Source: an uncultured delta proteobacterium
GTDB lineage: Bacteria > Desulfobacterota > Binatia > UBA9968
NCBI GenBank assembly: GCA_963771465.1
Contig: CAVYTU010000017.1
Span: forward strand, 608,001 to 672,000
Reading direction: 5' to 3'
DNA: 64,000 nucleotides
Positions 49,586 through 59,390 of the stretch are shown one piece after another (positions within the stretch are counted from its first letter, which is position 1; every line of letters begins with the position of its first letter). A program made the position numbers and the translations under genes. Below the pieces are notes generated by a model. That model worked only from the letters and a program-made list of their open reading frames with translations, was not told the origin of the DNA and ran no database searches.

Positions 49586-49615
49586 CGGTGCTAATTGCAA
49601 CAACGAATCAAGAGG

Positions 49616-49694
49616 AATTAACCACAAAGGGCATAAAGAACACAAAGGGTCTTTAGCATAAGCTTTGCGAACTTTGCGTTCTTGACGGTTAATT
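49616..49694. repeat. 9-nt-unit palindromic element in the rlmD/DUF309 divergent intergenic region
   Basis: AATTAACCACAAAGGGCATAAAGAACACAAAG ... CTTTGCGAACTTTGCGTTCTTGACGGTTAATT. Confidence 0.75.
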
Positions 49695-49703
49695 ATTCCG
49701 ATC

Positions 49704-50069
49704 ATGGAACCACAGGACGACCCGAGATTTCTTAAGGGCATCGACGAGTTCAACCAGCAGCTTTTTTTCGAGTGTCATGAAACTCTCGAAGAGATCTGGC
49801 TGGAGGAGCGCGGCGAGGACCGAAAGTTTTATCAAGGCATCATTCAGATCGCCGCCGGTTACTATAAGTTGCAGCAAGGAGTGCCGGTCGGCGCGATCAA
49901 ACTGTGGCGCACCGGGATCGAAAAGGTTGTGCCCTTTGCTCCGGTATATCTCGGCGTCAACGTCGATACTTTGGTCACGGCTGTGCGCGCCAACCTCGCC
50001 CAGCTGGAATCCGGTCAACCCCATACGACTGATACTTTGGTGCCGCCAACCATCAATCTGCTCTGTTAG
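49704..50069 (+). CDS. DUF309 domain protein
   Basis: G...FN...FFECHETLEEIW, FYQGIIQIA. Confidence 0.9.
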   Translation: MEPQDDPRFLKGIDEFNQQLFFECHETLEEIWLEERGEDRKFYQGIIQIAAGYYKLQQGVPVGAIKLWRTGIEKVVPFAPVYLGVNVDTLVTAVRANLAQLESGQPHTTDTLVPPTINLLC

Positions 50070-50078
50070 CTTCACTGC

Positions 50079-50744
50079 ATGATCCGCTGCCGCGACGTTT
50101 GCAAAATCTACCAGCAAGGTGAGAACGAGATCACGGCGCTTGCCGGTGTATCGTTGGAAATTCCCGCCGGCTCGTTCGCTGCGGTGATGGGGCAGAGCGG
50201 CTCGGGGAAGAGCACGCTGCTCCATTTGATCGGTGGCTTGGAACGGCCGACGCGCGGTGAATTATTGGTCGACGGCCGCTTGATCGGGCAGATGGCGGAC
50301 GATCAAGTGACACTTTTTCGGCGTACGCAGATCGGTTTTGTTTTTCAATTCTTTAATCTTCTGCCGACATTGACGGCAATGGAAAATATCGCGCTGCCGT
50401 TCGTCCTCGACGGCCGGCCCAAGTCCGAAGCTGATGGGCGAGCGGCGTCACTTCTCGTGAAAGTCGGTCTCGATAAACGTAAAGATCATCTCCCGGCGGA
50501 ACTTTCCGGCGGCGAAATCCAGCGTGTCGCGATCGCGCGCGCGTTGTCGTTCAGCCCGCCGATTCTTCTCGCCGACGAGCCAACGGGCAACCTCGATTCG
50601 ACAAACGGCGCGGCGATTCTCGATTTGCTGCGCCAGATCAACCAAGAAGACAATTGTACCGTCGTCATTGTGACCCATAGCGAAGCAGCGGCGAGCTATG
50701 CGGAGCGGAAGATTTATTTGCGCGACGGGCGGGTAGAGATCTGA
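50079..50744 (+). CDS. LolD/MacB-type ABC ATP-binding protein
   Basis: GQSGSGKST, IGFVFQFFNL, LSGGE.QR, ADEPTGNLD. Confidence 0.95.
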   Translation: MIRCRDVCKIYQQGENEITALAGVSLEIPAGSFAAVMGQSGSGKSTLLHLIGGLERPTRGELLVDGRLIGQMADDQVTLFRRTQIGFVFQFFNLLPTLTAMENIALPFVLDGRPKSEADGRAASLLVKVGLDKRKDHLPAELSGGEIQRVAIARALSFSPPILLADEPTGNLDSTNGAAILDLLRQINQEDNCTVVIVTHSEAAASYAERKIYLRDGRVEI

Positions 50745-50809
50745 GGTCGGAGGACAGCAGTCGGAGGTCAGAGATCGGATGTCTGACGGCTGATCTCTGA
50801 CTGATGACC
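50743..50809. repeat. 7-nt-unit GAGGTCR/TCTGAC palindromic element
   Basis: GAGGTCG-GAGGACA-GCAGTCG-GAGGTCA-GAGATCG ... TCTGACGGCTGATCTCTGACTGATGACC. Confidence 0.7.
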
Positions 50810-50832
50810 CCAAATTTTCAGTTAAAGCGGCC

Positions 50833-53415
50833 ATGCTACGTTTACTAACGACCATCTCCTGGCGCCATGTGCGGCATCATCGGCTGAGAACCTGCCTGAC
50901 CTTTCTCGGCATGGCTCTCGGGGTCGCGGTGATCGTGGCGATCGCCATGGTGAATCGGTCGCTGACGACCTCATTTCAATCGACCATCGAACAGATCGCC
51001 GGTAAAGCGGTGCTGCAAGTTTCCAATAGCGAAAGCGGCATGGCGGAGTCGGTTTTCCCGACCGTACGCGATACCGAAGGGGTGCGAGATGTTGCCGCCG
51101 CGGTCGACGGTTTCTTGCCGGTGAGCGGTGTGCGTTCGGAGCGGCTGTACATCTACGGTGTCGACTTGCTTACCGATTTCGCCATGCGCGATCATCAGTT
51201 CGCCGGCGACGGTTTCGCCTTCGATAAAGCGCTCGATTTCATCGCCGCGCCGGACTCCATCGCGTTAACCGAATCGTTCGCGCGCCGCTACGACTTGAAA
51301 ATCGGCTCGACGATTGCGCTTAACACCAGCCGAGGCAAACAAAGTTACACCGTTCGCGCGCTGTTAAAGGAAGAGGGCACGGCGCGCGTGTTTGGCGGTA
51401 ACTTTGCATTGATGGACTTGCCGGCGGCGCAGGTCGCTTTCGGCAAAGAAGGCAAGCTCGATATTGTCGACCTCACGGTGGAAGCCGAAGAGAAAGTCGA
51501 AGCCGTGCAAGCGCGCTTACGTCAACGGCTGAACGGCGTTGCCGACGTCGAGCGTCCCGAAAAACGTGGCGAACAAATCGAGTCGCTGCTGACTTCGTTT
51601 CGCGTCGGGCTTTTCTTTGTCAGTTTGATCGCGCTCTTCGTCGGCTTTTTTCTGATCTACAACACGGTGTCGGTCTCGGTGGTCCAGCGCAAACGCGAGA
51701 TCGGCACGCTGCGTTGCATCGGCATGCGGCGCAGCGAACTGCTACGTTTGATCGTTGCCGAAGCGTTGATTCTAGCGGTCTTCGGCGCCGCTATCGGTTG
51801 TCTTATCGGCTGGCTACTGGCACAAGCGGCGTTGTTGGCCGTCGGCGAGACCGTGCGCAACTTGTTTTCCTCCATCGGACTTTCGGGCAGCAGTCTTTCG
51901 CCGCGCGAGCTGGTAGTCGCGCTCGTGAGCGCGGTCGGCGTCGCGTTGTTTGCGGCGTTGCACCCAGCCCTCGAAGCGATTCAAATCAGCCCGTTGGAAA
52001 CTGCCCGACAGGCCGCCTGGCGGCCGGTGTTTGACGACAGAAAATCCTGGGCAACGCGGCTAGGTCTCGTCTGTTTTATCGTTGCGCCGCTGCTGATTTT
52101 CTCCGCGCCGATACTATCGGGCGCGATCAGGCAATTCAGCATCGGTGTCGTCGGCATGCTGATCTTTTTGCTTGGGCTGGCGTTTTTCTCGCCGCTGATC
52201 ATCCGTTACGCGGCTAGAAAATTTTCGCAGTCATCGGTGCGCTTGCCTGGGATATCTTGGGCCGAGAGCAGGCTGGCGTCGGACAGCTTGGTGCGAAATC
52301 CGGTGCGATCTGGCATCACGGTCGCTACCATGGTCATCAGTCTGGCTGCGATCTTCACCATCGCGGCCTTCGTCAATAGCGTGCGCGGCTCGCTGCTCTT
52401 GTGGATCGATCAAATGGTTACTGCCGATATCATCGTCAGCTCCGGCGCGCGCACCGCCGGGCCGAGAAATGTTTCGCTCAGGGAGGAGCCGTTGCCGGGT
52501 TTGCAAGCATTGCCCGGCGTCAAGATTGTCGATCTCTATCGTCTGGTGCGCGCCAACTATCAAGGACGGCCGATCGTCGTCGAGTCGTTCTCCGCCGCGG
52601 CGTCGGCGCGCGTGCGCACCTTGCCGATGGCTGAAGGCGACGGCAGTCGCGCGCTGCGTGAAATGGGCGAAGGCAAAGGCGCCATCGTCAGCGAAAGTTT
52701 TCAGACTCGCTTCGGCAAAAATATCAACGACAGCATTGAACTGATCACCCCTTCGGGGCCGGCGACTTTCAAGGTGCTGGGGATTTACATCGATTATTCT
52801 TCCGACATCGGCAGCGTGTTGATCGATCGGGCGCTGTACAAGAAATATTGGCGCGACGAATTGGTCGATGCCTTCGATCTGTGGTTGGAACCCGGCGCGG
52901 ATATGGCGGCGGTGATTCAAAAGATCAAGGATGGCTACGGCGAGCGCTATCAGCTCTTCATCAGCACGCACCGCGAACTCAAGGACGCCGTCGTGCGCAT
53001 TATGGAGCAGTCCTTCGTGGTCAACTACGCGGTCGAAATCGTCGCCGTAGTGGTGGCGATCTTCAGCGTGATCAACACGCTCTTGGCGTCGATCTTAGAC
53101 CGCACCCGCGAGATCGGCGTATTACGCGCCATCGGCGCGACCCAAGCGCAAATACGCCGCATCGTCGTCATCGAGGCGGGCTGGATGGGTCTGATCGGCG
53201 GCCTGCTCGGTCTTTTTGCCGGTTCGGTGATGGCCTATCATCATGTGGTTTTTAATACCAAGCTGCTCACCGGCTGGACTTTTCAGTTCTACTATCCGTA
53301 CGGCATCGCCGCGCTCTCGATATTCGCCGCCGTCGTGTTGTGCCTGATCGCCGGCTATGGTCCGGCGAAGCAAGCCGCAGCGACACCGATTGTCACGGCG
53401 ATCGGCTATGAGTAG
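50833..53415 (+). CDS. FtsX/MacB-like double-unit ABC exporter permease
   Basis: Two repeats of TM, periplasmic domain and R.REIG.LR.IG motif; 860 aa. Confidence 0.92.
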   Translation: MLRLLTTISWRHVRHHRLRTCLTFLGMALGVAVIVAIAMVNRSLTTSFQSTIEQIAGKAVLQVSNSESGMAESVFPTVRDTEGVRDVAAAVDGFLPVSGVRSERLYIYGVDLLTDFAMRDHQFAGDGFAFDKALDFIAAPDSIALTESFARRYDLKIGSTIALNTSRGKQSYTVRALLKEEGTARVFGGNFALMDLPAAQVAFGKEGKLDIVDLTVEAEEKVEAVQARLRQRLNGVADVERPEKRGEQIESLLTSFRVGLFFVSLIALFVGFFLIYNTVSVSVVQRKREIGTLRCIGMRRSELLRLIVAEALILAVFGAAIGCLIGWLLAQAALLAVGETVRNLFSSIGLSGSSLSPRELVVALVSAVGVALFAALHPALEAIQISPLETARQAAWRPVFDDRKSWATRLGLVCFIVAPLLIFSAPILSGAIRQFSIGVVGMLIFLLGLAFFSPLIIRYAARKFSQSSVRLPGISWAESRLASDSLVRNPVRSGITVATMVISLAAIFTIAAFVNSVRGSLLLWIDQMVTADIIVSSGARTAGPRNVSLREEPLPGLQALPGVKIVDLYRLVRANYQGRPIVVESFSAAASARVRTLPMAEGDGSRALREMGEGKGAIVSESFQTRFGKNINDSIELITPSGPATFKVLGIYIDYSSDIGSVLIDRALYKKYWRDELVDAFDLWLEPGADMAAVIQKIKDGYGERYQLFISTHRELKDAVVRIMEQSFVVNYAVEIVAVVVAIFSVINTLLASILDRTREIGVLRAIGATQAQIRRIVVIEAGWMGLIGGLLGLFAGSVMAYHHVVFNTKLLTGWTFQFYYPYGIAALSIFAAVVLCLIAGYGPAKQAAATPIVTAIGYE

Positions 53416-53543
53416 GAACGATAGCCGCAAAAAACGCGAAGGTCTCAAAAAATAAAAAGACAATTCGACAGCAAAATTTTGAAGGCGTGCCAGGAAAACA
53501 GCACTCTTCCATTGCGCTCTTCGCGGGTAAATATCCGACTCTT

Positions 53544-54104
53544 TTACGAAGTCGGCAGCTCGGTGAACATGACAAAGCGGGCGCGGCGGTTTTGTACCCG
53601 GCAGGATTCGGTCTGTTCAAAGCAGGCGGGAGCTTCCTTGCCGTAGCTGATGGTGACTAGCCGTTCGGGGGAGACTCCTTGGTTGATTAGAAAACTCCTT
53701 GCGGTTTGCGCACGTTTGGCGCCGAGGGCGAGATTGTATTCCGCTGAGCCGACATCGTCACAATGGCCTTCGACTTCGACCCTGGCTTTGGGGTTGGCTT
53801 TCATCCATTCTGCGTTTTTTTTCAAAATTTCTTCCGCATCCGCTTCCAGTTCGACGCTGTCGAACTGATAATAAACATCCTTTAGTGCCGAGCCGGGAGG
53901 TGTTACGGCTGCGACCCCACGGCTAATCGCCTCCATCGCTGAGAGCGAGCGGGCGGAGGCCGGAGTACCGCTGAGCGATTGCGGCGCCGTAAAGGTACGC
54001 GGTGCCGCTGTGTCATTTGAGGAGCAACCAGCGATGGCAAAGGAAAATAAAAGAAATCTAATGACGGAAGTGATTTCAAAAACAGACGGACGATACAATC
54101 TCAA
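53544..54104 (-). CDS. Pal-like OmpA-domain lipoprotein
   Basis: Lipobox IAGC; EGHCDDVGSAEYNLALGAKRA, ISYGKE.P, QNRRA; start uncertain. Confidence 0.88.
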   Translation of the reverse strand: MRLYRPSVFEITSVIRFLLFSFAIAGCSSNDTAAPRTFTAPQSLSGTPASARSLSAMEAISRGVAAVTPPGSALKDVYYQFDSVELEADAEEILKKNAEWMKANPKARVEVEGHCDDVGSAEYNLALGAKRAQTARSFLINQGVSPERLVTISYGKEAPACFEQTESCRVQNRRARFVMFTELPTS

Positions 54105-54329
54105 TAGCCTAATCCTTCCACCAACCCTACCTAATCTGCTATATCCTCGCGATTTGACTCGCGCTTGTCAAGAAATTTTTTACGGCGATGGCGTAAGTGA
54201 AAGGCTTGGCCAGGGTCGAGATCGATCAGGAAATACAGGCGATATGAAAGAAGCAATTCGCTCTTGTCGCGACGAACTTCGCCTTCGCTCCGAATACCCT
54301 AAGCGCCGGCGGCCAAGATTCCCCAACGA

Positions 54330-55376
54330 CTAAGTCGACTCCTTGAGGATATCTTTGATCCGCTTGATCACGTCTGGCGGTTGGCTCACGGTCTTATCGA
54401 TTTTTTTCTGCAGATCGGCGCCGTTCAGGAAGCTTGTGCCGTCCCAGTCGACCAGCTTCTTCGCTTCGCTCAAGAATCCGGGATCAGTGAGCACTTTTTC
54501 AAAGCCATCACGCAGCAGCCTGAGCCGGTCGGCGGGAACGCCGGGCGGCGCGGCGAAGGGGCGGTCGAAGTCGGTGTAGGCGGTCATGATATCCATCAGC
54601 CCCAACGTTGCTTTCGCATTGGCCGGTGCCAATTCGTAAACGGTTGGCGTCGATTGCGGCAGCAGTCGGCTTTTTGTCGGACCTTGTTGGATGACGAAGA
54701 TCATATAGCCTTGCTGCGCCCAAGTGGGCCAAGGCGCGCGCACCAAGGTTATGTCCGAGCTGGCGCGGCAATCGGCTTCACCGCGCTCGACGCCGAGGTC
54801 GATCTCGCGCGCCGAGCCATAGCCGGTGACATGTTTCACTTTGAAATCAAAAATCTCGCTAACCAGAGCGCTGAATACGTAACTGATACTGCCAGTGCCG
54901 CCTTCGCCGAAGCGCGCTGGCGTCTTGGCGCTGCGCATCGCTTCGATGCTCGTGTACGGGGAATCTTTGCGGCAGGCGATCATCATCGGCGCGCGGTTGA
55001 AGCTGCCGATCCAGTTCAATTTGCGAAAATCCAATTTGACTTCCGGCCGTCCGACCATTTGCTCCAGGTAATTGGCCCGATTGACGGCGAGCAGGGTTAA
55101 ACCGTCGGGCTTGGCGACGTTGTATAGATAGTTCGCCGAAACAATGCCGCCGGCACCGGCCATGTTCTGGGTAATAATGTTGGGATGGCCGGGAAGGTAC
55201 TTGCCGAAGTAACGAGACAGCAGACGGCCCGCGACATCGGTAGCGCCGCCCGGCGATGTGGAGATGATCAATTGGATCGTTTTGCCCGCATAGAATGGGT
55301 TTGGCTCCGCGGCGTCGATGGAAAGCGGCCAACAGTGCATCAGCCAAATCATTAGCAAGAAGATTTTTCGGTGCAT
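54330..55376 (-). CDS. TctC/Bug-family substrate-binding protein
   Basis: FYAGKTI, SPGGATD, QNMAGAGG, AKPDGLT, AAPPGVPADR. Confidence 0.9.
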   Translation of the reverse strand: MHRKIFLLMIWLMHCWPLSIDAAEPNPFYAGKTIQLIISTSPGGATDVAGRLLSRYFGKYLPGHPNIITQNMAGAGGIVSANYLYNVAKPDGLTLLAVNRANYLEQMVGRPEVKLDFRKLNWIGSFNRAPMMIACRKDSPYTSIEAMRSAKTPARFGEGGTGSISYVFSALVSEIFDFKVKHVTGYGSAREIDLGVERGEADCRASSDITLVRAPWPTWAQQGYMIFVIQQGPTKSRLLPQSTPTVYELAPANAKATLGLMDIMTAYTDFDRPFAAPPGVPADRLRLLRDGFEKVLTDPGFLSEAKKLVDWDGTSFLNGADLQKKIDKTVSQPPDVIKRIKDILKEST

Positions 55377-55488
55377 TGGGTCTTCTCGTCGTTTAACAAG
55401 ATTTTTGAATGAGTCATGTTCTTAACAGGTTGCGTGCTTACTCTTCAACGACTCGTGCAATCATACTCGTCGCATCGATTGGCGCTCG

Positions 55489-55518
55489 TTGACAAAATTA
55501 GCGGATATCGGATATCTC
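55489..55518 (+). promoter_or_regulatory. Promoter with candidate operator over the -10 region
   Basis: TTGACA at 55489; GATATC-G-GATATC at 55504-55516. Confidence 0.45.
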
Positions 55519-55585
55519 CTTAAGCATGACACGCTAGCTAATTTTTTCCAGCTGGAAACCCTATAAACAGAGGAGGACGACTATT

Positions 55586-56749
55586 GTGGTAATGTTGGGC
55601 ACCGATATGAAAGTCGCCGAGACCCCGAAAGAAGGTCTCAAAGAGTATGTCAAAATCGATCCGTATACGGATTGGTTGAAGCAAGAAGGGGTGAAAGTCT
55701 ACGAAGAGTATTACTTTCCAAGCTTGGCAAAAATTGAGCTGGGACCGTGGGAACGTAAGGGCGGCAAGGGCGCGGTGGTGCACATTAAACATAACCACGT
55801 GCCCAACGATTGCCACGTCGTCGAGATCAAAGCCGGAGGTAAGTCCGAGCCTGAACATCATATGTATGAACTGACGTTGTACGTAGTGTCGGGCCGCGGC
55901 GCGACGTCGATCTGGCAGGATGAGAAAAAGAAAAGCAGCTTTGAGTGGCAAGCCGGCAGCCTTTTTTCCATTCCACTCAATTGTTGGTACCAAAACTTTA
56001 ACGGCAGCGGCCAAGAGCCGGCACGTTACATCGCGGTCACCAATGCGCCGCCGATGATGCGCCTGTACCGCGACAGCAATTTTATTTTTAACAATCCCTA
56101 CATGTTTACGTCGCGCTACGCCGGCGAAGAAGACTATTTCAGCGGCAAGGGCAAACTCTTCACTCGGCGCGTGTGGGAATCCAACTTCATCGCCAATGCC
56201 CCCGACATGCTGCTCTACGGCTGGAAGGAGCGCGGCGCCGGCGGTATCAACGCGATGCTCGAGATGGCTGATAACAATACCAAGAGCCATATCTCGGAAT
56301 TCCCCATCGGCACCTACAAGAAGGCGCATCGCCACGGACCCGGCGCGCATTTAGTTCTGCTCAGCGGCACCGGCGGCTATTCTTTGATCTGGACCAAGGA
56401 TGATCGTTCCGACATGATCAAATGCGATTGGCAGGTGGGTTCCATGGTCACCGTGCCCAACGATAACTGCTATCATCAACACTTCAATTCCGGCACGACG
56501 CGCGCGCGTTATCTCGCGTTACGGCCCGGCGATATGGGGCTCTATAAGAAAGGCCGCGGCGGCGGCGGCGACAACGCCGATCGGAGCTTGAAAGAAGGCG
56601 GCTGGCAGGTCGAGTATGAGGACGAGGACCGCGAGATTCACTCGATCTTCGAAAAAGAACTCAAGGCCCACGGCGCGACGTGTAAGATGAAAGCTTTCGT
56701 TCCCTGGTGCACCGGCGAAGTGGGGCCGACGAGCGAACGGGATACCTAA
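55586..56749 (+). CDS. Bicupin protein (gentisate dioxygenase-like fold), function unknown
   Basis: Two cupin motifs: EHHMYE..YVVSGRG...IPLN and KAHRHGPG...HQHFN; RBS GAGGAGG. Confidence 0.85.
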   Translation: MVMLGTDMKVAETPKEGLKEYVKIDPYTDWLKQEGVKVYEEYYFPSLAKIELGPWERKGGKGAVVHIKHNHVPNDCHVVEIKAGGKSEPEHHMYELTLYVVSGRGATSIWQDEKKKSSFEWQAGSLFSIPLNCWYQNFNGSGQEPARYIAVTNAPPMMRLYRDSNFIFNNPYMFTSRYAGEEDYFSGKGKLFTRRVWESNFIANAPDMLLYGWKERGAGGINAMLEMADNNTKSHISEFPIGTYKKAHRHGPGAHLVLLSGTGGYSLIWTKDDRSDMIKCDWQVGSMVTVPNDNCYHQHFNSGTTRARYLALRPGDMGLYKKGRGGGGDNADRSLKEGGWQVEYEDEDREIHSIFEKELKAHGATCKMKAFVPWCTGEVGPTSERDT

Positions 56750-56858
56750 GAGTTCGATTCAACGGAGAGCGCGGAGCAACGGTAGAGTAAAATAGGTTAG
56801 TTTTCCTATCGGCGCGGCCTAGGGTGTGCGACCGGGCCTCAGTCATGTATCTCGATGC

Positions 56859-57236
56859 CTATTTGCTTCTGCTGTCGTTCGTTTCTGGGCGTCGTGAACG
56901 ACTTTGGCGGATCTCGTCCGCCGCCAATCTCCGTTGAGCGGTAACCCGCGCGATCTCGACTCTTTTCTCCGCGATGTAAGCAAGATGCTCGACTTCGATT
57001 ACATCTTTCTCCTCTGTCCATAGCTGATCCGCAACGTCGAGAGTTTGTCCAGCCCGATCGAGCGCCGCCCCGGCATAACGGACGATCAACGGATCTTGGC
57101 GCGCTTGCCGATAGAGATCGCGGGTGTGCTCTAAGGCGGGATTGCGGACCGTTCCGCAACCGATCGTCAGAGCCGCCGGTAGCAACAGCATTATGCGAGT
57201 TAACCGCAGGACGAGAGAAATCGCGTCAATGCGCAT
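56859..57236 (-). CDS. DUF4398 lipoprotein lacking the usual OmpA C-terminal domain
   Basis: Lipobox-like TIGC; NPALE, EHLAYIAEKRVEIA. Confidence 0.75.
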   Translation of the reverse strand: MRIDAISLVLRLTRIMLLLPAALTIGCGTVRNPALEHTRDLYRQARQDPLIVRYAGAALDRAGQTLDVADQLWTEEKDVIEVEHLAYIAEKRVEIARVTAQRRLAADEIRQSRSRRPETNDSRSK

Positions 57237-57239
57237 AAA

Positions 57240-57674
57240 TTATTCCTGCTTGGGTGCCGTCGTGAGCGGCTTTCTTGACTCACGCTCGGCTTCGGTCTGC
57301 AGCGCGTCTACTCTTCTCTGTACGTCGTCGGCGGCCTGGCGCACGATCTCTGCCTCAGCCTTCGCTTCGGCAAGCTCCGCGTCCACCTGAGCACTTTGGG
57401 CGAGGCGGCGGGCATCGTCATATCTCTTGGCCGCCATGGCTTGTTTGGCTTTCGCTAGTTTTTCTACGGCAATAGTCAAGTTCATTGGCGCAAGCTCATC
57501 GGCTCGGGCGTCGCGAGCTGCGCGCACGCCCAGGTCTGCTCTCGCGAGAATTTCGGTGGGCGGTCTGCTCGTGCTGCAGCCGGACAAAGCGATGGTTCCG
57601 GCCAAAATCCATGTCGAACATCTAGCCCACTGTCGGCGCGGAATTCTTCTCGCCACATCATCAATCGCGATCAT
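57240..57674 (-). CDS. DUF4398 lipoprotein
   Basis: Lipobox LSGC; A.EKL.KA, ARRLAQSAQVDAELAEAKA. Confidence 0.82.
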   Translation of the reverse strand: MIAIDDVARRIPRRQWARCSTWILAGTIALSGCSTSRPPTEILARADLGVRAARDARADELAPMNLTIAVEKLAKAKQAMAAKRYDDARRLAQSAQVDAELAEAKAEAEIVRQAADDVQRRVDALQTEAERESRKPLTTAPKQE

Positions 57675-58224
57675 GACGCTTTCCCCAGATCTTTCCCTTG
57701 AGTTATTCACGTTGCCAGAAGACGGTCTAATTCATCGCCTTTTCGACCATCAATGCTAATCAGTCCAGAGATCCATAGGTGCAAACAGCATCAGCAGGCA
57801 CATCGCGCACCAGGAATGATAAAGAAGCGAAATGATATCAGATTGACGAGTTCCCGTTCCATGGTTTCGACGCTCCCTTTTGCCAACTCAGCAGCTATCA
57901 CCTCGATCTGGATTGTTGGCGCGGTGTCGGTTCGCTCGCCGCAGGCAATCTATCCAGCGACTGAGGGAGCAAACTTCGCGCCACGACACCGGTGTGAAAG
58001 AATTGCTTGAATTATTTAGAACTGGCCGCGCGGGTTGGCGCGTGGGCGGTTCGATTGTACGGAATCGACTCTATATTTGTATGTGATTTTCTGACAAACC
58101 GCAGAGGCTGCGTACCTTTAAATTAAATTCGGATGTCGAGCGCCTGGTAAACAGGAGTTTCGAGCGTAGGCATCGGCGGGAATTTCCTATGCAACGCTGA
58201 CGCTGGACAGCGAATTCATTGCCT

Positions 58225-59232
58225 TCACTTCTTGTCCAATTTCAATCGCTCGGCGGCTTTCTGAACAAAGGAAGGATCCAGGTAAGGTCTGGCGTCGCGG
58301 TTCTTAATTCCCTGTGGATTAAACCGCTCGTGGAAGCCGGTGATCATGCCTTCGATGCCAGCTTGCCAGGGAAATGGCAGCCCATTAATCGCGTCGTACT
58401 GTTTCAAGTAAGAATCATAGGTGCGTTCAAGAATTACCGAATCTTTTTGGCGCGTCGCTTCGATGATCGCTTTGTAGGCGATCTCGCGATTGGTGCGGAA
58501 GAACTGCATGGCTTCAACGATGGCGCTGATGTAGTCTTCCAGCGTCTTGCGATTACGATCACGGAAGGTTTTCATGACGGTCTGCGGCACACCGGCATAG
58601 GGCATTTTGAAATCGAGAAAATTTGCCAGTTCACGGTAGCCGGCTTTTTCCAGATCGTACTCGTTGGGAGGGTTCACCGTTACTCCATCGACCAGGCCTT
58701 GTTTCATGGCGGTCGCCCGGTTCGGAATACCGCCGGCCAGATAAACCAACTGCACATCTTTTCCCGGAACCAAGCCGAATTTGTCGAGATACAGGAGCGA
58801 TCCGTATTCGTCGAGACCGGCTCGTCCGACGCCCAGTTTCTTGCCTTTCAAATCCATGGGATTGCGGATCGCGGGATTGACCATCAACCTTAACGGTATG
58901 TAGCGCGTCTCGGTCGCCAGCACGACCAAATCGAAACCACCGGTGCCGATGGCGCGCGAGATCGCCGTGCCGCCGCCATACATCACTTGGATATTGCCGC
59001 TCGCCAACGCCGGCATGTAGGTCGACGGTCCTTGCATCAAGACCATCTCGACGTCGAGATTGTATTTGGCGAATAGGCCTTCCCTTTTGGCGATCCACCC
59101 GGGAGAGAATGTCGCCGCGGGAGAGGAATAGGCAACCACGAGTTTGGTCGCCTGAGCACCTGCGGGATTAAACCTCGCGAAATGAGAGATAAGCAGCAGG
59201 GTAATGGTAACGATGGAAAATCGACGGGTCAT
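58225..59232 (-). CDS. NMT1/TauA-like substrate-binding protein
   Basis: WIAKREGLFAKYNLDVE, DLKGKKLGV, YLDPSFV. Confidence 0.88.
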   Translation of the reverse strand: MTRRFSIVTITLLLISHFARFNPAGAQATKLVVAYSSPAATFSPGWIAKREGLFAKYNLDVEMVLMQGPSTYMPALASGNIQVMYGGGTAISRAIGTGGFDLVVLATETRYIPLRLMVNPAIRNPMDLKGKKLGVGRAGLDEYGSLLYLDKFGLVPGKDVQLVYLAGGIPNRATAMKQGLVDGVTVNPPNEYDLEKAGYRELANFLDFKMPYAGVPQTVMKTFRDRNRKTLEDYISAIVEAMQFFRTNREIAYKAIIEATRQKDSVILERTYDSYLKQYDAINGLPFPWQAGIEGMITGFHERFNPQGIKNRDARPYLDPSFVQKAAERLKLDKK

Positions 59233-59390
59233 GGATAGATAGACGGTTTAATCCACTTTCAATGCGAATCGCAACCTTAAAATTCAACGTTTCTGGCGAC
59301 GGCATGTGCTTGAGTGGTGCCAGGTAAAATGATTAATGTGGCGACAGAACTGATCTCGAACTATTTTATAGCGCAAGACGAGGGACAAAG

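Noticed and set aside
23727-50809. Tandem-unit repeats as CRISPR arrays
   Set aside because: Units are 7-9 nt with no unique spacers, arranged as inverted arms; no cas genes
53544-54104. Assigning the symbol pal
   Set aside because: No tolQRAB/cpoB context, so probably a paralogue
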